Source: Squalus acanthias (taxonomy: Eukaryota). From it: a stretch of DNA of 64,000 nucleotides. A model generated the notes under the pieces. That model ran no database searches. It saw only the letters and a list, made by a program, of their open reading frames with translations, and was not told the origin of the DNA. Of the stretch, positions 13,219 to 26,880 are shown in pieces (the first letter of the stretch is position 1; each line of letters opens with the position of its first letter). The stretch is taken from positions 110,238,001 through 110,302,000 of the forward strand of contig CM059431.1 of assembly GCA_030390025.1 (NCBI GenBank), given 5' to 3'. Made by a program: the position numbers and the translations under genes.

Positions 13219-15414
13219 GGTTATTTCTCCTGTTCCTGTGGAGATTGGAGAGCTGCTACACTTCTACCCAATATGTTCCTACAATGCCATGGCTGAGACT
13301 GGGAACTCATAGTGCTGAATTGTGTATATTTGAACCCATATCCGACTATTCTGTTGCACATAGCGTTGGAGCACCAGCTCAATATGCCGCCACGGTGCCC
13401 CTTAAATTTAAAATAATATTTTGTTGTTAATGACAGGAAATCGGTTTTCTAAATTTGGACTTAGCTGTATGTAATGTGGGATTGATAATTCCAGTTTTCT
13501 CCTTAGTATGACTTTGCTCAGAAACCTATGATCTACCACAATAGGCTTGAATTAAAACAACCAGAGTATAGCATCTGTTTCAACATTTTTCTCAGAAAAG
13601 AATTAGAAGGAGTCCAAGTCACTAGTCGGAACATTTGTGCTTGACCTGTCTGGTGACTCTGTCCTTGATTTGTCTGGTTCTCTCATTATGCTGAGGATTA
13701 GGAGTGATTACAAGATTTTAAAATAAAGCTGCCACTTTTTTACGGATCAATTGATCGCACATGTCCTGGCAATTGCAAAATGTAATTTTACTTAAGGGCT
13801 CAGAAAAGAAATAGATAAAAACAATTATGTATTGAAGGGTCACCTGTCAATATATGAACACTTCTATACCTGCTGTAAAATTATGCTTTTGTGCATTCAT
13901 CCAGGACTGCCATAACTAGTCAGTCCATAAATAAAATGAGATTATGTTTTATCATTTCAAAATCTAAAATTAAATTGATTCTTTTTTGCAATCAAAATTT
14001 GCGGGGTCACACAGATTGAAATCTTGCTAATTTAAGATTGCTTCGTGCTAACTGTTCTTTGTCAACATAGGCAATGTAATGTTGGCCACAGAGGCATGAC
14101 GATCTGTGAATATTATTCACATACTTGTTTCTTTAATTTCGTTTTGGTCTCGTGTTTTGATGCCAACAATAAGAAGCAAGCTAGACGCTGGGCTTTTAGA
14201 GAAGATTTGTGCTGGTGCAGCTTGGGAATGGAGACCAAAAAAGACACCCAGGACAAGGTAAGAGCTGGAGAAGAGCAGAGAGCAAGTAACAAAAAATCCC
14301 TTCGGCTAAAGTTAAATGATCTCATGAAGGAAACGAAATAAGAATGTTACGTGATTGCCAATTTTTATAGGGTAGTATTCTCAATCGGATGTCTGAATAC
14401 AAGGTCCCGTTACCAGTGTAAAATCATCAGATCCTGCCTTCTGAGTTGGTCCTGGCATAAATACAAGGACAATTCTGGAGTAAAATTTTACACTTTGCTT
14501 TCTGTGTTGGAAATTAAAAAAAATATATGTGTCTGGTGAAAATACGCATCTTGCTACATCTGCACACTTGTATGTCATGCATGTGTAGAAGTAAGTAAAA
14601 ATGGCCACGGAACTGTTCGCTGAGAAGTAGTGGTATAGACTGGGCAACTCTATTCAAACCATACTTCTGAACTCATATACTGAGCCTGGATTATAGCACT
14701 CGGTTGTGGGATAAACAAGACTGAGGGTGCTTGAGAAGTGGACCCCCAGATAGAGTGGTAGGAAGTGGACAGAAGTACACTCAAACCACCAACACATTAT
14801 CAACCTTGATGTCATTACTATAAGAAGGTTATTTTTTTTCTATTGTACAAACCACTACCTCATACTCACCTAAACCCATGAGTAATGCAAACATTCTCAA
14901 TTGCCATTACATCACATGGTGTTTTTTAACCTTTACAAAATGATTTTTTTTGGAATGGTAGGCTATGCCGCTTAGAAACACCAGAAGGGAACAACAGAGA
15001 GAAAACAACTCAGAAAAATGCAATGGGTCACGGTGAATTAGAAAGTATTTAGTGCCGTTTTTAAGTTACTTCTGAGCTGATGTGAACTTTCTTTTACACA
15101 CACTTTCCCTATAATTGTATTCTATTTTATCACTGCTAATCTTTTGCTTCCTTCTCCAGCCTTTGCACGGCTAAAAACTACACCCGACCTATTCAACATT
15201 TTTGTGGTTCAAATCGTAATCTTTTATTTCACAATGGTATCCCTGATTTGACCTGGTGATAAATCATTGAAAGTCTGTTTTCAAGTACACCTGAGGAACA
15301 TAGGAACAGGGATAAGCCATGCAGGCCATCAAGTCTGTTCCGCCATTCAATTAGATCATGGCTGACCTATACATCAACTCCATTTACCTGCCTTTGTTCC
15401 ATATCACTTGATAC

Positions 15415-15553
15415 CAATGTTCCCTCTAATGTTTTTTTGTGCACGGTTCCTTCAAATTTGCTGCCTGGTTTCTTCCAGTGGCAGCAGTTGGCGAGCGGCC
15501 TCCTTGGGACCACCCGATTGTTGCGTGGCCATGCAACCTTAGGGGGAGCATTG
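15415..15553. mobile_element. hAT-type MITE (139 bp)
   Basis: TIRs CAATGTTCCCTCTAA and TTAGGGGGAGCATTG. 8-bp TSD CTTGATAC at 15407-15414 and 15554-15561. Confidence 0.8.
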
Positions 15554-15764
15554 CTTGATACCCTGATCAAAAATGTCTATCGATCTCGGTCTTGAAAATT
15601 TCAATTGATCCAGCATCCATTGCCTTTTGGGGAGCGAGTTCCAGATTTCCACTACCCTTTGTGTGAAAAAGTGCTTCCTGATTTTACTCTTAAAGGGCCT
15701 AGCTCTAATTTTAAAATTATGCCCTCTTGTTCTGGATTCTCCCACCAGAGGAAATAGTTTCTCT

Positions 15765-16608
15765 GGGCTGGATTTTCTCAATGGGGAGCTTTTGGAGGCG
15801 GGACTCCCACTTGTTGGGTTTCAGTCCTGCCTCCATCGACTTGTGGCCAACCCACGCTATTTTCCCTTGATTGACCTTGTTAAGCTCGCCCAGCAGGCTT
15901 AGCAGGCCAATTAAGGGAAAGCCGCCTACAGGTGACGTCAGCGAGTGACGTTTCATCTGTCAAGAGCTTTTGACAGATGAAATGTCAGTGTTTGACGGCT
16001 CTGTGAAGCTGTCAAACACTGACAATTTGTCTTCTAAGTTGAAACCTGGGACACAGGCTCAGTTAGAGATCTCTCCTGAGCAGAAAGCAGAAGGCTGCAG
16101 CTTTTGACAGTTCAGCGGCCATTCTGCTTTCTGTGCTGGTGAGCTGAGGGACTCCCGAGACCTGAAGGGAGGAAGCCTGCAGGAAGAAGTAAAGGTAAGT
16201 AAAACTTATTAAAACACTTTACACTCACCTCACATGCTTACCTCTCCACACTTGCACCCATCACTCACCTGCACACCGGACATCTCGGCCCCTGCGACCC
16301 CTGCAGACCGACGGTCTGCCTCGCTGACCCTGGCGTGGTTCGGAGCCATCGGGAAGCCCACACTTCAGGGCTGAAAATAGGTATTCTCCAAAAAACTGCC
16401 TGTTAGCTACCTGTTAACAGGCAATTAATTGGCACAATCCTCTTCCCGCCTCGGGAGGCGGCTCCCAGCCTGGGTCGGGTACCCGCCTCCTGGGAAGATG
16501 GCACGGAGACGGGTTGGGGGCGGGATGGGTACCCGCGCTCAGATTCTGCCATTTTTCCGGCAGTCCCACCTCCTTACCCGCCTCCCCAGGGCTGGCAAAA
16601 TTGCCCCT
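15765..16608 (+). mobile_element. Harbinger-type MITE, family A copy 1
   Basis: Similar to 52969-53811 and 54781-55604. TSD TCT, interrupting the CR1. Confidence 0.75.
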
Positions 16609-18683
16609 TCTGTATCTACCCTATTGAATCTCTTTATCATTTTAAACACCTCGATTAAACATTTACTCAACCTTCTAGACTCAAGGAAATACACCAAGTT
16701 TATGCAACCTGCCCTCATAATTTAACCCTTTAACCCCTGGTATCATTCTAGCGAGTCTGTGATGTTCCATTTCCAAGGCCAATATGTCTTTCCTGAGGTT
16801 TAGTGCCCAAAACTTAATGTAGCACTACAGATGGGGTGTGACCAAGTTTTGTACAAGGATGACTTACGCACTTTTGAACTCCAACCCCCTTGAGATAAAG
16901 GCAAATATTCCATTAGCCTTTCGGATTAATTTTTGTACCTGTGCACTAGCTTTTAGCGATTTGTGTACATGGACAACTACATTCCTTTGCTCCTCCACAG
17001 CTCCTAGTCTCTCACTATTAAGAAAATATCCCGATTTGTCTTTCTCAGATCCAAAGGGGATAGCCTCGCACTTCCCCACGTTGAACTCCATCTGTCATAG
17101 TTTTACCCACTCTCTTAGCCTGTCTATGTTCCTTTGTAACTTTCTACTCTCATCCAAACAACTTGCTGTGCCTCTTAACTTCGTGTCATCTGCGAACTTG
17201 GATATACAACTCTGTATTGCTTCAACCACTTCATTAATACATATGGTGAAAAGCTGAGGCCCCAGTACAGATCCCTGGGCAACACCACTTGCCACATCCT
17301 GCCAATCAGAGAATGAGCCCTTTATCCCTACTCTCTGTCTCCTACCTCCCATCCAATTACCGAGGGACCTTGTAGAATCTAGAGGGCCGAACACCTCAAA
17401 CATGCAATTGCAGATCGACATCCATTCAGAATATACCATTCTGTCTTAAGGTGTATGGCAATGAAGACATTAAAACATGTGCCTGTTAAACTGGAATATT
17501 TGGGAAACAGTGTAGATTACTTTGCTCAGGAGGGGTGCTTTGTTGAATTTTTAAAAAAAGCTGCTGCCTTAGGTAAACATCCTACTGTGCCCAGTAATTA
17601 CAAATTCTCATTCTAATGATCCTCCTAATTTGGTTTTGTTTGGTATTAGATTGGAATGCCTGATAGCAATTAATATTAAAATTCTCATGTTAAGTTATCC
17701 AGTGTCTGGTGTAGATACTTGATCAAAACATGCTTACTATGGAAGAAACCTGAACCAAGGATATAGCTCGTGGCAATTTAACGTTTGTACATGTCCCTGC
17801 TGCTTTTCGTCTCTCTTCCCCTCCCCCCCGCTCCACCCCCACAACCCGCGCGTATCTGGCAGGTGAGCACAGAAACCAACTTTGTAGACATTGCAGTCTA
17901 TGCTGCTTTCCAGCCTCTGAATACACCTTCAATGTTGAAATGAACGTGTGTGCAATTTTGTATACCTTCCTGTGTCCCTGACCTCCTGAAACACAAGATA
18001 CTTACAGATCAGGAAGGCCATTTTTCCAATATAAATTCATGCAAGCAGTAAGATCCTGCAGTGCTCCCGCCCCCGCCTGCTGTTGCAGCATCCAATTGTT
18101 TCTTAAATGCTTCCAGGGCTTTTGCCTCCAGTACTCTATCTAGAAATCTATTCCAAATGTTAATCACTTTCTGTGTGATGAAGGATTTCTTGACATCAGT
18201 CTTAAGTTTGTCTTTTACTAGCTTGAGCCTTTATCTTTTTGTCCTATTCTTATAAATTAATGTTTAAAATAATTTTCTGGATTTACCTATACATTTCTTT
18301 AATTGTCTTGTATATTTCTTAAGATCACCTCTCAGACTCCTTTCACGCTTGAATCGCCCAAGTTTCTCCTGTCTTTCCTGCTTAACTCAGATGTTTGACA
18401 CTATGGATTAGCCGTGTGCTTTCAGGGTTTATGGAAAAATAATGCATTAGAGAGTTGGGTCTAAATAACCCATGAGCCCTAAGAGGATGGAGTCTCCTGT
18501 CGAGTTGAGGGATAAGTCTCAGTTATACGCTGATGAGAGAAGAGCCCAATCCTGAACGCACACATACAGCTACACATATTGCATTGAAAGCCAGATGAGG
18601 CATTAGATGAGTTGCCTTGTGTGCTTGGCAAGCAAATCTAACAACCTCACATTCATTCAAACTGGCCTGGTAGACCTGATGCC

Positions 18684-20140
18684 TGATTTCTTTGTAAATC
18701 TGCTCCTCTATCTCCTTCCCACTATTTGGTGGCCTATAAAATACACCAAGTAGCGTAAGAGCTCCTTTATTGTTTCTTGACTCCAACCAAATAGATTCTG
18801 TCTTTCACTTCTCAAGGACATTTTCTCTTTCTAGCGCTGCAATATTTTCCTTAATCAAAACTGCCATCTCTCCTCCTTTTTTTTTCCTTCCCTATCTTTC
18901 CTGAATACCTTGAACCCAGGAATATCAAGCATCCAATCCGCCCCTTTTTTGAGCCAGATCTCAGTTATTGCCACTACATCATATTCCCATGTGGCTATTT
19001 GCGCCTGTAGCTCACCAACCTTATTAACCACACTTTGTGCATTTACACACATGCACTCCAAACCTAACTTAGACTTCTTTGTATTTTCTATGATCCCACC
19101 TACTTCTGTATTATTTCTAACTCTAACTGTCTCTCCCAGTCTTCTGTGAACCTTGTTTCTACTTTTTAATACTACATCCTGGTGCCCAACCCCCAGCCGA
19201 ATTAGTTTAAACCCTCCCCCTCAGCACGAGTGAACCTGCCCGCGAGGATATTGGTCCCAGCTCTGTTCAGGTGCAGCCTGTCCATCTTGAACAGGTCCCT
19301 CCTATCACAGAACTGATCCCAATGTCCCAGGAATCTGAAGTCCTCCCTCCTGCATCAGGTCTCTAGCCACGCATTAACCTGCCATATCCTTCTATTTCTA
19401 CTCTCACTAGCACGTGGCACTGGGAGTAATCCAGAGATTACTAGATTTGAGGTCCTACTTTTTAACTTCCTCCCTAGATCCTTAAACTCTGACTGCAGGA
19501 CCTCAACCCTTTTCCTTCCTATGTTGTTGGTTCCGACATGGACCACGACTTCTGGCTCTTCCTCTCCCCCCCGCAGAATGTTCTGCACCCTCTCCGTGAT
19601 GTCCCTTACCCTGGCACCAGTGAGGCAACATACCATACGGGTCTCATGTCAACAGTAGCAGAACTGCCTGTCTGTCCCCCTGACTATCGAATTCCCAATT
19701 ACTACTGCATTCCTACATTTTGCTGTATGCCCCCGTGCAGTCCTTTGCCTCACGGTGTCAGACTTGGGAATGCACTCCTTTGAGGTGTCATCACCCTTAC
19801 CGGCATTCAATGCTGAATATTGATTTGAGAGTGCGACACTCCTGGAGGATTCCTGCACTGCCTGCCTCTTCCTATCCTTCCATGCAGCCACGCACTTGCT
19901 ATTCTGAACTCTATCTGGCTGTGAGGTGACCACCTCCTGGAACCTGCGATCCAGGAGACATTCAGCTACCTGTAGGCCCTGCGGTGAATCCAGCTGCCCG
20001 TCAAGCTCAGAAACCCTCAGCGTGAGTTCGAGCAGCTGGAAGCTCGTCCTACAAACATGGGCCTCTGGGACACATGAAGCGTCCTGAAGTTTCCCACATG
20101 GTGCAGGAATTGCAGACTACAGGTCGCAGCTGTCCCTCCA
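18684..20140 (-). mobile_element. Decayed CR1 5' part (ORF1 esterase plus start of endonuclease)
   Basis: VVIGNSIVRG, MVCCLTGARVRD...HVGTN, CVNAQS...VAITEIWL and YRPPNS, with frameshifts. Confidence 0.85.
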
Positions 20141-20603
20141 TTCTAATTAGAATCGTAAAATAAACTCCTTGGATATAAGGTGACTATTTATATAATTGCG
20201 ATTAACTAGGTCTAAACTACACTGCTATTTGTCTATTTGTTTCTAACTGACCAATGCCGTTTCTTTTAAGTTGCAAGACCAAGCTCCATTCCAATCTTAT
20301 GACTATTTACCTAATACCTAACAGTGAATTCATACTATAACCAAATTAAAGTTCCTGGAATCGGATTTGAATCCATAATCTTCTGACTCAGAGGCAAGGG
20401 TGCTACCCACTTAGCCATAGCTGTCCACACCTTTGAACTTCCTGAGTGAATCATGTGTGATAAGAAGCATTTGCAAAAATCACATGAATTACGAGTGTAG
20501 GTAATGCTGGTACCCGAGAGCTTGGTCCCCTCCAGTTAAAGCTTTAGGCTTACTTAAGGTTGGAACATAAAGGGTCTCTCCAACTCACAGTTAAGAGTAC
20601 TTG

Positions 20604-21518
20604 AGGGAGAAATTCAGTATCGCCCCATTTGGGGCGCAATTATCGGCCGGGTGCAAAGATTAGCGCCTGGCGCTAATTATCGCCACCGACTGCAAACTTG
20701 ACTTTTATCGCCCTTGGAGGTGATTGCAGCGCTAAATCAGGCGCTTCACACCTGTCTTAAGGCGCAAAGGCTGAGGAGCGAGGCGCTACCTCAGAGCGCT
20801 GGCGAAGCTCATGTAATGTCAGTCAGCAATGGAACACACACACAATGGCACGGGCCAGTTCTTAAAGGGGATGGTTAATCTTGCTTTCCATCCACATCCT
20901 GCTCATTGCAGCCTTGAATCTCGGCCTGGAGAGGCCTGCACATCAAATCTGCTGGAAAGAACAATGGAGAGTACCAGGCAAAGAGCTCAGAGTGCAGCCC
21001 CCACAGTCTCTTCTAAATCGATACAAGGAATGGCAAATCAAAATGAACCTGCAAAGTGCTGCTCAGTACCCAAAACTCCTTCACACAACGTTGAATCTCT
21101 CCAGAAGTCTCTCCCTCTCTCTCTCAGAATGCGTAGTTCAAAAATGGCCCCAACAATAAAAGGCAGGAAGCGGTCACCTTTAAATAGCGCTCCCCCTTTC
21201 CCTTCATGACTGCAGAACGCTCCCCTCAACCTGTCGTTGCTAGCGTCAGGCGGTAAGGCAGGGGGCGCCACTCAATATCCGCTCCGGGGCGATACCGGGG
21301 CGTTGCGCACTCGACTGACGTCACGATCTGCCGGTGCAGGAGATCGTGGCGGTAGTGTTTAGCGCTGCCGCAAAATGTCTAGTTAATTTCGCGAGCGGCG
21401 CAAACTTCGCCGCGCCTGGGCGCCAGATGCTTTGCGCCCCGGCGCCAGATGCTTTGCGCCCCATTAGCGCCCTCTTAAGGCGCTAACGGGAGGCGCAACC
21501 AACTGAATTTTTCCCCCC
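20604..21518 (+). mobile_element. Harbinger-type MITE, family B copy 1
   Basis: Ends GGGAGAAATTCAGT and ACTGAATTTTTCCCCCC, TSD TTG, internal ~21-bp tandem duplication near 21419-21461. Confidence 0.8.
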
Positions 21519-22255
21519 TTGTCTCTTATAATTTAAGGTTGCCATTGGTTTCGTTTTGGACTGAACACTGGCCTTTTTCCTTCTGTGTTCTGTGATGTAC
21601 ATGTATTGATTAACTTTTCAATGCATTTTCATCAGAAAGAATGCCAGTAGTGTGCATTCAGAACTGCAGCCATCATCCCATTCACTGTTCAGGTATGCAC
21701 TTGGCAAAAGATGAAAACTTAATGATTCTCCATTTGATCTGGTCTCCCTATGAATCAGATGTGTGCATTTAGTATTTTCTCTCCTTTCCTGTTTAGGATT
21801 TCCTTATTCCATGCATCATTTCTTGAATGGGAGTGGGCAAGCAGCCTGTTCCATGCATTTGCTGAGGTCTTAAGCTGATTTCAATAGGTGTGGAAGGGTA
21901 GGATCGGTCACTAATTTCCTCTACATTTTCTGTTGGGTTTCCCCTTTGCACCTTCCCCTTACGGCATGTCTGGCATCAGGAGCTCTCTGTATTGAGTCAG
22001 CTTTTATACAAGCAATTCATTTATTTGATTTTCTATGCTTAGCTTTGTCATAAAGCTCTCATCTTTAGTGGGTGAGAGATGCAACCCTTCACTCACTGAA
22101 AATAATGTGTGACAGTGCTTGAGGATCATAAGTAGTCAACAAAAACATGAAAATTGATTGCTGAAACTGCCTGAATCTGAGAATGTGAAAAGAGAAATTA
22201 GCCGGCACGGACTAGATGGGCCGAATGGCCTCCTTCTGTGCCGTTATGACTCTAT

Positions 22256-23149
22256 GGGGGAGAAATTCAGTATCGCCCCATTTGGGGCGCAATTATCGGC
22301 CGGGCGCAAAGATTAGCGCCTGGCGCTAATTATCGCCTCCGACTGCAAACTTGGCTTTTATCGCCCCTGGAGGTGATTGGAGCGCTAAATCAGGCGCTTC
22401 ACAACTGTCTTAAGGCGCAAAGGCCGAGGAGCGAGGCGCTACCTCAGAACGCTGGCAAAGCTCATGTGATGTCAGTCAGCAATGGAACACAGACACAATG
22501 GCGCCAGCCAGTTCTTAAGGGGGAGGGTTGATCTTGCTCTCCATCCACATCCTGCTCATTGCAGCCTTGAATCTCGGCCTGGAGAGACCTGTACATCAAA
22601 TCTGCTGGAAAGAACAATGGAGATACCCAGGGAAAGAGCTTAGAGTGCAGCCCCCACAGTCTCTTCTAAATCGATACAAGGAAGGGGAAATCAAAATGAA
22701 CCTGCAAAGTGCTGCTCAGTACCCAAAACGCCTTCACACAGCGTTGAATCTCTCCAGAAGTCTCTCTCTCTCTTTCTCAGAATGCGTGGTGCAAAAATGT
22801 CACCAACAAAAAAAGGCAGGAAGCGGTCGCCTTTAAATAACGCTCCCCCAGTCCCTTCCTGACTGCAAAACGCTCCCCTCAACCTGTCGTTGCTCGTGGC
22901 AGGCGGTAAGGCAGGGGGCGCCACTCAATAGCCGGTCCGGGGCGCTACCGGGGCGTTGCGCACTCGACTGATGCCACGATCTGCTGGCGCAGGAGATTGT
23001 GGAGGTAGTGTTTAGCGCCGCTGCAAAATGTCTAGCTAATTTCGTGAGCGGCGCAAACATCGCCGCGCACAGGCACTAGTTGCTTTGCGCCCCATTAGCG
23101 CCCTCTTAAGGCACTAACGTGAGGCGCAAACCAACTGAATTTTTCCCCC
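22256..23149 (+). mobile_element. Harbinger-type MITE, family B copy 2
   Basis: 16-bp TIR GGGGGAGAAATTCAGT / ACTGAATTTTTCCCCC and TSD TAT, inserted in a CR1 (ACTCTATG)n tail. Confidence 0.8.
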
Positions 23150-23451
23150 TATGACTCTATGACAAGAAATTACATGTTGACTATTTCTAGAGTTTAAAAA
23201 TGAAGTGGGATTATTAAATATATACAGGATTTGTGCATAACTATACACAACAGTGGAACATACTCAACTTTCAGGATTATTTTGTTTTCTAACTGACACA
23301 AGAGATTAAGATGGTGGGCGTCAAAGATGACAAGTGTGACCTTTGACAGTCCAGACATGTGACTGACCGAAGAAAGATGAGTCAAGATCAGCCTTGACTT
23401 TCCTCAATTTAGTCCCAAACTGGCACTTGGAAGAGAGCATTGCTCAGCTCT

Positions 23452-23458
23452 GTCAGTC

Positions 23459-23492
<34 letters not shown>

Positions 23493-23932
23493 TGAAAGTT
23501 GTGGGTTCAGACTCCCACTCCAGTGACTAGAGCACAAAATCCAGACTGGCACTCCAACGCAGTACTGAGGGAGTGCTGTACTGTCAGAGGCACTGCCTTT
23601 CAGATGTGATGTTAAACTGAGGACTCTGTCTGCTCTCTCAGGTGGATATAAAAGATCCCATGGCAACATTTCAAAGAAGGGCAGGGCAAATCTCCCTGTT
23701 GCTCTGGCCAATATTTATTCCTCAAGCAACATCACTAAAAAAAAAACTAAACAGATTATCTGGTCATTGTCACATTGCTGTTTGTGGGAGCTTGCTGTGT
23801 GCAATTGGCTGCCACGTTTCCTACATTACAACAGTGACTACACTTCAAAAGTACTTAATTGGCTGTAAAGCGCTTTGGGACATCCTGTGGTTGTGAAAGG
23901 TGCTATATAAATGCAAGTCTTTCTTTCTTTTC
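23452..23932 (+). mobile_element. DeuSINE (SacSINE1-like)
   Basis: Head, core and tail as at 536-990. Confidence 0.8.
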
Positions 23933-24289
23933 AACTATTTAAAGTCCTGGTGAGAAGCGTTTTTTTTAAGTTTATCGGTGGCGGACAGTTTAAACAGCTG
24001 ATCAATAAACTATAATACTGTACAATCCTTGAGTCAACCTGGAGATTAAACACAGGATCAAAATTCAATCTTTGCTAGCTTTTGTGATTAATGCTTTATA
24101 GGTTCATATTGTAAAGTATGAAAGATTGAAAGCAAGAGCACTTTGACGCTGCTACCAGATATGAAAATGTTTACGGAGAACTCCTACATCCAAATGATGT
24201 GCGCCAAATGAACAAAGCATTCCTGTTATTTCATTTGCAGAGCAAAAATTTGTTTTAGATGATTTCTCCAAAGCAGTTAATAAGAAAAA

Positions 24290-24478
24290 GAAAGAAAGAC
24301 TTGCATTTTATATAGTGCCTTTCAAGTACCTCAGGACGTCCCAAAGTGCTTTACAGCCAATAATTTATTTTTGAAGTGTAGTTACTGTTGTAATGGAGGA
24401 AACTCAGCAGCCAATTGTGCACAGCAAGCTCCCGCAAACATCAATGTGATAATGCCCAGATAATCTGCTTTTGTTAGG
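24290..24478 (-). mobile_element. DeuSINE 3' fragment
   Basis: Reverse complement of the SINE tail (AAAGAAAGACTTGCATTT...). Confidence 0.7.
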
Positions 24479-24485
24479 TTGATAA

Positions 24486-24945
24486 GGGTGCGAAATTCGG
24501 TTACGCCCTGTTTTGGGGCAGTAACCGAGTTAAGGCCAGGACATATAGGACCGGCCGCGGAAGTACCGCCCCGGCCGCTAAATTCGGCTTACCGCCCCGC
24601 ACAGGAAGTGGAGCGCAATCTCGGCGCTCCACTTCCTGGTGGGGCTGTAACTGAGGAGATGTCGGGGCGCGATTGGCAGCATTCCGCGGCGCGCTGACAT
24701 GTTTCAACGCTCCTCCCCTTCAGTTAAAGGGGAGCGCCGCTGTGCACTCTGCAGGGCCTCCGATGGCCCCAACTAGGCCACCAGGGCGGCGTGGCGCTAT
24801 CAGGTAGCGCCTCAGCAACGCCCTGCTGAATGTCCTGGGAGGTGCTTTTTCGCCCCCCCCCCCCACGGGCGATAAGCCCTTTGCGCCCCATTAGCGCCCC
24901 CCCGAGGCACTAACGGCAGGCGCAAAGGAGCTGAATTTCTAGACC
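24486..24945. mobile_element. GC-rich Harbinger-type MITE related to family B
   Basis: Ends GGGTGCGAAATTCGG and CTGAATTTCTAGACC. Shares TTTGCGCCCCATTAGCGCCC with family B. No clean TSD. Confidence 0.55.
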
Positions 24946-26363
24946 TTTGTGTTTAAACATACATCATTTGGAGCATGATATTTCCTTTTTAGAAAATGCA
25001 TTATGCCAAGATAGAATGTAAAATTCACAGTACAACAAATAATAATATTAAATATGACTAGCCTGTTTGCTATTTATTTTAGGATTATGGCTTTTTTCAT
25101 TTAAAAATTCAATAATTGCTAAGCTAAGATGCTTAAAAAATTATTTGCTATATTTTGCATTATTTTATCTTTATTTAGGTTGGTCATGAATATTTAGAGA
25201 TACACTCTGCTTATCCTCACATGTGCATCCTTACATCACCTATTGTACACGTGCCCTTGGGCCAAGCCAGGCACATGTTTATAGACAGAATCTTGAATAT
25301 CTGTAGCACAGTAATGTGTTTATCTTCCTGAAATATTTCAATAGGTTTTACATATGTAATTTAATACAGAGAAACTCATTAAATGGTTGAGCCATTAGAA
25401 GCATTCCATACAGGCTTTAGAAATTAGTACAATTAATTTACAAATTACACACACTGTAACACTGACTATCATTCATATGGAAAACTTGTAACTCCTAAAG
25501 TTCATAACGGGTCTTTCACATTTGAGGAAAAACCTCACAAAATGATCCATTATTGCAAATGCTTACTGCTCTATAGTCTTAATGTGCTATGATTCTTACT
25601 TTTCTGGAACTGTGAGGCTTTCAAACAGGTTTTCTTTCTAAGTAAATATAACTGAGTTGTCAGAAAATCTTTGTTCCTATCATGCTTTACATGTTTACAT
25701 CTGGTATCTGTGCAAGTCAGGAATTTTTTTTAACGTACTTCCTACTCCTACTTCTCCTTCTCCCTTACCCTGTTTACAGTAACAATTATTTTGAAATTTT
25801 CACTATTTAAAACTTGATCAAAAATAGAAACTATTAAAGTTCTTGTTCAAAAATCGTAAGGGCAAAATGACTATTACATTTTGAGTGGAAATTAGTAAAA
25901 AATTCAATGTTCTTAAAAACTTTGAATCCTTCCGTCCTTTCCTCCCTGACCAGTAAATGTAGGATAATTTTCTCTGTTCCATGAACTACTTTCCTGTGGT
26001 TTTTTTTTTAAACAACTGCATTATTTCTGTGTCAGCTTGACTGAGTTGGTAGCATCCTTGCCCCTGAGTGAGAAAGTTGTGTGTTCCACTCCAGACATGA
26101 GCACATAATCTGGGCTGGTACTTCAAAGCAGTACTGCGGGAATATTGTATTGTTGGATGAGATGTACTGTCCTTTGGATGAGATGTTGAACCACTCTTCA
26201 GATGAGATGTTAAACCAAAGCCTCATCTGCCTGTTCCGATGATTTATGTGAACACTAAAGATTCCATGGCATCACTCAAACAGCATGGAATTCTCCCTGT
26301 GTCCTGGCTAACATTCCTCTCTCAACCAATTCCATCAAAAAACTGGTTAGTTGGTCATTTATC

Positions 26364-26880
26364 GGCCTTCGAGACACACGACAACGCAAAATCATCGAGC
26401 AGAAACTGATAGCCAAGTTCCGCACCCATGAGGACGGCCTCAACCGGGATCTTGGGTTCATGTCACGCTACATGACGTAGAGTCATCCAGACTCGAGTCG
26501 TCGTTGGCTTGTTCACAGATGTGATTTCCAGTAAAAAAAAGTAAAAAGTTTAAAGTTTATGGTTTTCCATACAGACTGCATTTGACACATTAGACCCCCT
26601 GTGACCCCACCTCATTGTCTTAGTTGTATCTTGCTATGTCTTTGATATAATGCCTTCCTGACTGACCTGATTGTTTCTCTGCCGAGGTGTGATAAAAGGC
26701 AGTCAGAAAGATTAACTGTAGTCGTCTGACATTGTACGCTACACAGGCATTGTTCTCTGTCTATATATGCTTTGCCGAATCGTATTCCTTCACTTCACCT
26801 GACGAAGGAGCAGCAGCTCCGAAAGCTTGTGATTTCAAATAAAACTGTTGGACTATAACCTGGTGTTGTGCGACTTCTCA
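26364..26880 (+). mobile_element. Penelope-like 3' fragment with hammerhead motif
   Basis: GLRDTRQRKIIEQKLIAKFRTHEDGLNRDLGFMSRY (GIY-YIG C-terminus). TSD CATTTATC at 26356-26363 and 26881-26888. Confidence 0.8.
26795..26832 (+). ncRNA. Minimal hammerhead ribozyme motif (Penelope type)
   Basis: TCAC-CTGACGA-A-GGAGC-agca-GCTCC-GAAA-GCTT-GTGA: perfect stem II, palindromic AGCT and stem I (TCAC/GTGA). Confidence 0.7.

Larger units (their letters stand above)
15296..17360 (-). mobile_element. CR1 3' half with two nested DNA-transposon insertions
   Basis: GVAQGSVLGPQLF...KFADDTKL, LFPLVGESRTRGH...WNSLP and a 3' tail at ~15296. Confidence 0.85.

Noticed and set aside
20829..22924. Duplicated 77-126 aa ORFs suggesting a small gene family
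   Set aside because: They lie inside two copies of the same MITE, and their reading frames are only partly preserved between copies.
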